From NCBI GenBank assembly GCA_048538235.1, contig JBLYPX010000001.1:328013-392012 (forward strand): a stretch of 64,000 nt of DNA, given 5' to 3'. The translations under genes were made by a program, and so were the position numbers. Source of the DNA: Candidatus Komeilibacteria bacterium (GTDB lineage Bacteria > Patescibacteriota > Patescibacteriia > UBA1558). Position 1 is the stretch's first letter. The number at the start of each line of letters is the position of its first letter. The notes under the pieces are model-generated. The model made no database searches. It saw only the letters and a program-made list of their open reading frames with translations, and was not told the DNA's origin. Shown here one piece after another: positions 57,873 to 64,000 of the stretch.

Positions 57873-58555
57873 TATTGAAGAATAATTTCATTAATCATAA
57901 TATCTTGTACTGGATGATCATTTGCTCCTGTTTCAACACCTTCAATCTGCTTTACAATATCCATACCGTCAATTACCTGACCAAAATTTGTATGCTTACC
58001 ATCAAGCCAAGGAGTACTCTCTGCTGTTACAATAAAGAATTGACTACCATTGGTATTAGCACCAGCATTAGCCATAGCAAGTGATCCGGCTATTAATTTA
58101 TGTGAATTAAACTCATCATTAAATCTATAATCTGGGCCGCCAGTTCCATGTCTTGAAACATCTGCTGTTTTAGATAATGGATCACCACCTTGAATCATAA
58201 AATCTTTAATAACTCTGTGGAATAATGTTCCGTTATAGAAACCCTTAGATGCTAAATACATAAAATTATTTACTGTTACTGGTGAATCATCACCATAGAA
58301 TTGAACGGTAATATCTCCTACATTAGTTTTAATTATTGCTTTTGAATAATCATTTAACAAATTAGGTTGATTCTCCGGGCTTAAAATTTGATCATCTGTC
58401 ATAGTTTTTTCATTTGAATTATTAGCTGCATTATTAGCAAGTTGCTCATACTTATTAGTTGTATCCTGTTCTGGAACAACAGATGTACTTGGCTCAGCAC
58501 TAGTACAACCAGTTAAAACTAGTAATAATACAAAGATAATAAGGATGTTTTTCAT
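57872..58555 (-). CDS. Cyclophilin-type peptidyl-prolyl isomerase lipoprotein
   Basis: Lipobox LTGC; FHRVIKDFMIQGGDP, NGSQFF, WLDGKHT. Confidence 0.94.
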   Translation of the reverse strand: MKNILIIFVLLLVLTGCTSAEPSTSVVPEQDTTNKYEQLANNAANNSNEKTMTDDQILSPENQPNLLNDYSKAIIKTNVGDITVQFYGDDSPVTVNNFMYLASKGFYNGTLFHRVIKDFMIQGGDPLSKTADVSRHGTGGPDYRFNDEFNSHKLIAGSLAMANAGANTNGSQFFIVTAESTPWLDGKHTNFGQVIDGMDIVKQIEGVETGANDHPVQDIMINEIILQ

Positions 58556-58668
58556 AAATTATTTTTAATTATAATATACGCATTATAGCAGAAATATAGT
58601 CATATCAAAAGGCTTTTATTGTTGACATTTATCATAATTTAATATATATTTATTACCGTTATTTACAA

Positions 58669-58742
58669 TCGGAGATCGTCTAATGGTAGGACACCTGGTT
58701 TTGGTCCAGGCAATCGGGGTTCGAATCCCTGTCTCCGAACCA
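58669..58742 (+). tRNA. tRNA-Gln(TTG)
   Basis: TCGGAGA/TCTCCGA acceptor (U1-A72), CCTGG-TTTTGGT-CCAGG anticodon arm, GGTTCGAATCC, CCA. Confidence 0.95.
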
Positions 58743-58745
58743 TCA

Positions 58746-58776
58746 AAAAACTACTAATTTCTATTAGTAGTTTTTT
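58746..58776. terminator. Bidirectional terminator between tRNA-Gln and pyrG
   Basis: AAAAAACTACTAAT-TTCT-ATTAGTAGTTTTTT. Confidence 0.85.
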
Positions 58777-58785
58777 GTATATATT

Positions 58786-60477
58786 CTATTTTGTTGAAGC
58801 TTTAATGAATTCTATAAATAATGGATGTGGTTTATTAGGCCTACTCTTATACTCTGGATGACCTTGAGTTGCTATAAAGAATGGATGAATCTTTTTAGGA
58901 AGTTCAATCATTTCTACAAACATATTATCTGGTGATGTACCAGCAAATATTAAACCATTATCTCTTAATACATCTCTAAAGTCATTATTAAATTCAAATC
59001 TATGTCTATGCCTTTCACTAATAACACAATTACCTTCTGCTTTAATATTATTATTCTTTTTAAAGAAATCTGTTACTTCTTTACAGTCTTCATACTTTTT
59101 ATATATCTTAGCTATCTCAGTATCGTCTTTTAAAAAGCAATCATATGCACCTAGTCTCATAGAAGTATTCTTTCCCTTAATTGTCTGGTACTTAGAATCC
59201 ATTGGTATGTCATGTATGATTGGATATTTTGTATCTGGATCAATTTCTACAGTATTAGCACCCTTAAGTCCTGCTACATTACGAGCATATTCTACACAAG
59301 CAAGTTGCATACCATAGCATAAACCTAAATATGGTATTTTATTCTCTCTAGCAAATTTAATTGTCATTATTTTACCTTCAGCACCCCTTGCACCCCAACC
59401 AATAGGTACAATAATACCATCTGGTTTACCTATTAATTTAATACCTTTATTCTCAATATCTTCTGTATTAACAAACTTAAGTTCTGTATTAATATTTAAA
59501 TGCCAGCCAGCGTGCTTAATAGCTTCTATTAAAGCAGCGTATGAGTCAGATAATTCATAATCTCCAGTAGCAAAGTATTTACCAGCAATAACTATTTTAA
59601 CTTTTTTGGTTTTCTTTCTTTTAATCTTTGTTACTAATTTTCTCCATTCAGTTAAACTTTGCTTTCTGTAATTTAACTTAAACTCCTTTAATATCTTTCT
59701 ATCGAATTCCTGTTGTGCAAATATTAATGGTATTTCATAAATAGTACCGACATCTGGTGACATCACAACATTATCCCCAGGTACAGAACACTTTAAGCCA
59801 AGTAAATATCTTCTTCTTTTATCTAGAGTGGCTGTTGATCTTAATACCAAAAACTCTGGATGAATACCCATACTCATTACTGTACGTATAGACAATTGAG
59901 TAGGCATTGTCTTTGGTTCACCAATATGTACTGGCAATGGAACATAAGAAACGTGAACATTAATAACAAGCTCTGGTTCTTTTGCCTTCATTATTCTACA
60001 AGCTTCATAGTAAAGCATGTTTTGGTATTCACCAGCTGTACCACCAAGTTCTATTATTAAAATATCGTGTCCTTCACCTGCTTTTTTAATCCTGCTTATT
60101 ATTTCATCTGTAATATGTGGAATAGCCTCTACATCTTCACCGTTGTAACCAAAAGATCTTTCTCTATCTATAACTGTCTTATATATCTGACCGATGGTTG
60201 TAAAATTTCTATGACCCATATCATAATCTAGAAATCTTTCATAAGTTCCTAAGTCCATATCTGCTTCAAGACCATCCTCACATAAAAAAGCATCCCCATG
60301 TTCAATGGGGTTGATAGTGCCTGAATCTATGTTCAGATAGTTTTCACATTTTATTACTCCAACTTTATATCCTCTATTTTGAAGTAAGAAACCAAGAGAT
60401 GCGGCCACGACGCCCTTACCTAGTCCAGATAAGACGCCTCCAGAGACAAATATGTATCTAGTTTGCTTGGTTATCAT
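58786..60477 (-). CDS. pyrG: CTP synthase
   Basis: GGVLSGLGKG, GLCYGMQ, ERHRHR, QGHPE. Confidence 0.97.
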   Translation of the reverse strand: MITKQTRYIFVSGGVLSGLGKGVVAASLGFLLQNRGYKVGVIKCENYLNIDSGTINPIEHGDAFLCEDGLEADMDLGTYERFLDYDMGHRNFTTIGQIYKTVIDRERSFGYNGEDVEAIPHITDEIISRIKKAGEGHDILIIELGGTAGEYQNMLYYEACRIMKAKEPELVINVHVSYVPLPVHIGEPKTMPTQLSIRTVMSMGIHPEFLVLRSTATLDKRRRYLLGLKCSVPGDNVVMSPDVGTIYEIPLIFAQQEFDRKILKEFKLNYRKQSLTEWRKLVTKIKRKKTKKVKIVIAGKYFATGDYELSDSYAALIEAIKHAGWHLNINTELKFVNTEDIENKGIKLIGKPDGIIVPIGWGARGAEGKIMTIKFARENKIPYLGLCYGMQLACVEYARNVAGLKGANTVEIDPDTKYPIIHDIPMDSKYQTIKGKNTSMRLGAYDCFLKDDTEIAKIYKKYEDCKEVTDFFKKNNNIKAEGNCVISERHRHRFEFNNDFRDVLRDNGLIFAGTSPDNMFVEMIELPKKIHPFFIATQGHPEYKSRPNKPHPLFIEFIKASTK

Positions 60478-60913
60478 CTTTAATGTTTAAAATTATCTTC
60501 TTTTTAATATTATTTATTGAAAATTCTACTTCTTGTTTTCCCAATTCTTTAACTACTGTTATTAATTTAATGGTTAAATTTCCTTTAGGTATCCCTAATT
60601 GACTTTCTAATGCTTTAATAAACTCTGCATCTTGCAGGGCTGCATATAGATGTCCCTTTTCATTAGCTGTGCTGTGAATATTTAAAACTGAATCTTTCTT
60701 AATTTTATTTACAGCTGTATTTAATTCAAGGTCCTTATTCTTTTTAACCTTAGATACTTTTGTAGCAATATTTTTATACATTTCCCTATTCTTGGCAGAA
60801 TCTTTAACAGCTAATCCTTGCTTAATTAAAAAATTAGTAGCAAAACCTGCTTTAACATCTACAACTTCTCCAACCTTACCGTAATTACATTTGTTTATTA
60901 TTACTACTTTCAT
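60458..60913 (-). CDS. rplI: 50S ribosomal protein bL9
   Basis: GKVGEVVDVKAGFATNFLIKQGLA, GHLYA. Confidence 0.9.
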   Translation of the reverse strand: MKVVIINKCNYGKVGEVVDVKAGFATNFLIKQGLAVKDSAKNREMYKNIATKVSKVKKNKDLELNTAVNKIKKDSVLNIHSTANEKGHLYAALQDAEFIKALESQLGIPKGNLTIKLITVVKELGKQEVEFSINNIKKKIILNIKDDNQAN

Positions 60914-62151
60914 TCTAATTCATTAATTATTCTTAAAGCTTCATCTAATTGATTATCTCCATCATTGTTATATACTTCTTCATCAAACTCTACAATCTGA
61001 TCTGGTTCAATACCAACTTCATTAATAGCTCTACCTTTTGGTGTTAACCACTCTGCAACTGTTATTTTAATAGCTGAACCATCAGATAATGACTCAAGTT
61101 CTTGAACAGATCCTTTACCAAATGTTTGTTCACCAATAATTGTAGCAAGTCCATAATCTTGTAAAGCACCAGCTAAAATCTCTGAAGCTGAAGCAGAGCC
61201 ACCATTAACAATAACTACTGTTGGAATATCTGCTAAAACAGCTCTACCAGATGATCTGTAATCGTGGTTTTTACTTTCATCATAGAAAGACTCTTTTACA
61301 ACCACATCATTATCTATCCAATAACCAGCAATCTGTATAGCTACATCTAAAAAGCCACCCGGATCATTTCTTAAATCTACTACCAGCTTATCTATATTTT
61401 GATCAAGCAAATTTGTAATTTCTGTTTTAAATCTTTTACTAGTATCTTCATTAAAATGTGTAATTCTAATATATCCAACATTATTCTCCTTAACTTCGCT
61501 CTGTACACTTAATATTTTAATAGTATCTCTAATAATTGGTATTTCAATAGCTTCAGTATCTGTTTTATGTAATATTGTTAAAACAACTTCAGTACCACCT
61601 TCGCCACGAATTAAATTAACTGCTCTATCTGTAGACATGCCTGTTGTGTCCAGACCATCAATAGCAAGTATTTTATCTCCGGCTCTTATACCAGCTTTAT
61701 CTGCAGGAGTATCTGGCAGTGGAGCAATAATTGTTAATCTATTCTGTTTAATACCAATCTCAGCACCAATGCCTTCAAATCTACCAGATAATTCCTCTGT
61801 AAATTTATCTGCTACTTCAGGATTGAAAAATACTGAATAAGGATCACCTAAAGCAGCCACAGAGCCAGCCAGTGAGCCATAGAATAGATCAATGTCATGA
61901 ATCTCATCCTTATGTAGATATTTCTGCTTAGCTATATTCCAAACCTGCCAGAAAAGATCAAAATTTACATCATTACCCAAATATGATGGCACATCTGTTA
62001 CTTCTACATCTCCATATTCAAAAGCTAAATCTTGGTCTAATTTAGATATTAAACCAATAGCTAAACCAATAAAAAAGGCTAAAATAATTAAAACAATTAC
62101 CACCAATGTGGTAATGTTTTTTTTCTTATCTGTTGTTATTTCATCAATCAT
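60910..62151 (-). CDS. C-terminal processing S41 peptidase with PDZ domain
   Basis: GIGAEI, DLRNDPGG, SASASEI, TFGKGSVQ. Confidence 0.94.
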   Translation of the reverse strand: MIDEITTDKKKNITTLVVIVLIILAFFIGLAIGLISKLDQDLAFEYGDVEVTDVPSYLGNDVNFDLFWQVWNIAKQKYLHKDEIHDIDLFYGSLAGSVAALGDPYSVFFNPEVADKFTEELSGRFEGIGAEIGIKQNRLTIIAPLPDTPADKAGIRAGDKILAIDGLDTTGMSTDRAVNLIRGEGGTEVVLTILHKTDTEAIEIPIIRDTIKILSVQSEVKENNVGYIRITHFNEDTSKRFKTEITNLLDQNIDKLVVDLRNDPGGFLDVAIQIAGYWIDNDVVVKESFYDESKNHDYRSSGRAVLADIPTVVIVNGGSASASEILAGALQDYGLATIIGEQTFGKGSVQELESLSDGSAIKITVAEWLTPKGRAINEVGIEPDQIVEFDEEVYNNDGDNQLDEALRIINELE

Positions 62152-62190
62152 AAAAGAATTATACCAGAATCGCTATAACCTGCCAATAAA

Positions 62191-63450
62191 TTATTCTTCT
62201 ACCCTTTTAATATCTACACCAATATTTGTTAATCTCTCTACAATATTCTCATAACCCCTCTCAATCTGGTATATATTCCCTATTTCTGTCTCACCCTCTG
62301 CAATTGTAGCAGCTATTACCATAGCAATACCAGCTCTTAAATCTGGGCTCTCTACTTTCTTACCATATAGTTTAACCCTGCCCTGAACAATTACTCTGTG
62401 TGGATCACACTGAATAATATTAGCACCCATAGTGTTTAATTTATCTGTGTATAGTAATCTACTCTCATAAATAGTTTCATGTACAAGACTTAAACCTTCT
62501 GCTTGAGTAAGAAGTACTGTCATGGGTGGCTGCATATCTGTTGGAAAGCCAGGATATTCATGAGTAGCTATTTTAATAGCTTTTAATTCCTTAGCCTTCT
62601 TAACTTTAATTGTATCTTTACCAACTTCTAAATTAACACCCATTTGCTCAAATATCCTTAGAGGCACTGCTAAATGTTTTGGTTCACAATTAGTTATTGT
62701 TAACTCTGCATTATTGGCAGCAGCTAAACAAATAAATGTACCAACCTCTATTCTATCTGGCATAACAGTATACTCCACGCCTTTTAATTCTTTAACACCC
62801 TCAATAGTAATATATGGTGTACCTGCTCCAGAAATTTTAGCACCCATCATATTAAGCATCTCAGCTAAGGCCAGAACCTCTGGTTCACAAGCTGCATTGT
62901 CTATATGGGTTGTTCCTTCAGCTAGAACAGCTGCTAAGATCATAGATTCTGTACCCGTATGACTTATTTGAGGAAATACAATTTCTGCACCCTTAACTTT
63001 AGATGCTTCAAAATGATAAGCTTCATCTTTGTACTTAACATCTCCACCAAATTTACTAAACCCATCAATAAAGAAATCTATTGGTCTTTTACCAATAATA
63101 CATCCACCTGGATGAGGTAGAGTTACTTTTTTAAACCTACCAAGTAGTGGAGCTATTAACATAATGGAGCTTCTTAGTTTTTTAGCAAGCTCTGTATCTA
63201 TTTCTGTTGTTTTAATATTATCTGCTTTTAAACTAAAGCTACCATTACCCAAATCTTTTACAGTAACTCCTAGTTCTTTAATAATATCTATTAAAATATG
63301 TATATCCTGAATATCTGGAACATTATGGATGATACATTCCTTACTAGTAAGAAGTGTGGCTGGTAATAATTTTAAGGCATTATTCTTAGCACCAGCAACC
63401 TTAATATTTCCGCTTATTTTTTTGTTTCCTTGAATTATATACTTTGACAT
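62191..63450 (-). CDS. murA: UDP-GlcNAc 1-carboxyvinyltransferase
   Basis: GAKNNAL, PGGCIIGKRP, PGFPTD, DLRAG, ERGYE. Confidence 0.97.
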   Translation of the reverse strand: MSKYIIQGNKKISGNIKVAGAKNNALKLLPATLLTSKECIIHNVPDIQDIHILIDIIKELGVTVKDLGNGSFSLKADNIKTTEIDTELAKKLRSSIMLIAPLLGRFKKVTLPHPGGCIIGKRPIDFFIDGFSKFGGDVKYKDEAYHFEASKVKGAEIVFPQISHTGTESMILAAVLAEGTTHIDNAACEPEVLALAEMLNMMGAKISGAGTPYITIEGVKELKGVEYTVMPDRIEVGTFICLAAANNAELTITNCEPKHLAVPLRIFEQMGVNLEVGKDTIKVKKAKELKAIKIATHEYPGFPTDMQPPMTVLLTQAEGLSLVHETIYESRLLYTDKLNTMGANIIQCDPHRVIVQGRVKLYGKKVESPDLRAGIAMVIAATIAEGETEIGNIYQIERGYENIVERLTNIGVDIKRVEE

Positions 63451-63513
63451 ATAGTATTAAATTATGTATAAATATAGCTGTTTATATTCTATATTATTTC
63501 AACAGATTAAACA

Positions 63514-64000
63514 ATGGAAAAGCTTTACCAAAAAAGAATAGCGTGGATAGGATTTGTAGTCCTATTTTTTCTAATTCTACCCGTTCTTTTCTCTCAAGCT
63601 TTAGGTTATAAATACAACTCAGATAAGCACAAATTTGAAGCAACTGGCATACTATTTGTTAAAACTTATCCTAGAGATGCACAGCTTATCTTAAACGATA
63701 AAGCGATGGATGACAAGACCCCTTGGCAACAACCAAAATTATTACCTGGAGTATATAATTTAAAGATTACCAAACCTAATTATTTAGACTGGGAAAAGAA
63801 TATTACAATCTATGAACATACCACAACATTTGTTGAAGATATTGTTCTATTCAAAAGATCATTACCCTCTCCTGTTAAAAAATTTGAGCTATTAGATTCT
63901 TTAACACAAGATAATAGAATACACATATTATTGGGTAAGAATAATAATATGATCTCTATTGTTAAATATAATGTTAATTCAGATCAGTGGGATATTATTA
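63514..64000 (+). CDS. PEGA-domain membrane protein, 3' end outside window
   Basis: By hand: MEKLYQKR-TM-LGYKY...ATGILFVKTYPRDAQ...KTP...LLPGVYNLKITKPNYLDWEK. Confidence 0.8.
   Translation, partial: MEKLYQKRIAWIGFVVLFFLILPVLFSQALGYKYNSDKHKFEATGILFVKTYPRDAQLILNDKAMDDKTPWQQPKLLPGVYNLKITKPNYLDWEKNITIYEHTTTFVEDIVLFKRSLPSPVKKFELLDSLTQDNRIHILLGKNNNMISIVKYNVNSDQWDII

Noticed and set aside
1118-62962. Short antisense or overlapping ORFs in the track (for example 7378, 8735, 17225, 25986, 27965, 30415, 33127, 62714)
   Set aside because: Shadows of well-supported genes on the other strand or frame, without start signals.
1-64000. CRISPR array, IS element, reverse transcriptase/DGR, rRNA
   Set aside because: No regularly spaced repeats, transposase, RT motifs or rRNA sequence seen by eye.

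Overview
AT-rich bacterial chromosome segment using genetic code 11 (TGA serves as a stop). The gene families point to a Patescibacteria/CPR genome, probably ABY1-like; that assignment is an inference. Core content: lepA, ftsEX, a dcw cluster (mraY-murD-ftsW-murG-murC-murB), secA, mnmA, a short alaS, the infA-rpmJ-rpsMKD-rpoA-rplQ-rplM-rpsI operon, a surface-glycan locus, lysS, serS, gltX, def-fmt, pyrG, rplI, murA and three tRNAs. A dif-like site at about 47.8 kb, where gene orientation flips, suggests the replication terminus. The most striking signal is two gene classes with different expression grammars. Housekeeping genes, ribosomal proteins included, have AT-rich or near-leaderless starts with no Shine-Dalgarno. 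About 13 scattered orphan cassettes instead share one layout: TTGAC promoter, boxA-like motif, strong GGAGG SD, small and often membrane ORF(s), then a hairpin terminator. One cassette cluster (18.8-20.05 kb) holds three SD-led micropeptides and an unrecognised GC-rich, multi-domain structured RNA of about 450 nt. All calls are by eye from the sequence and the ORF track; no database search was run.
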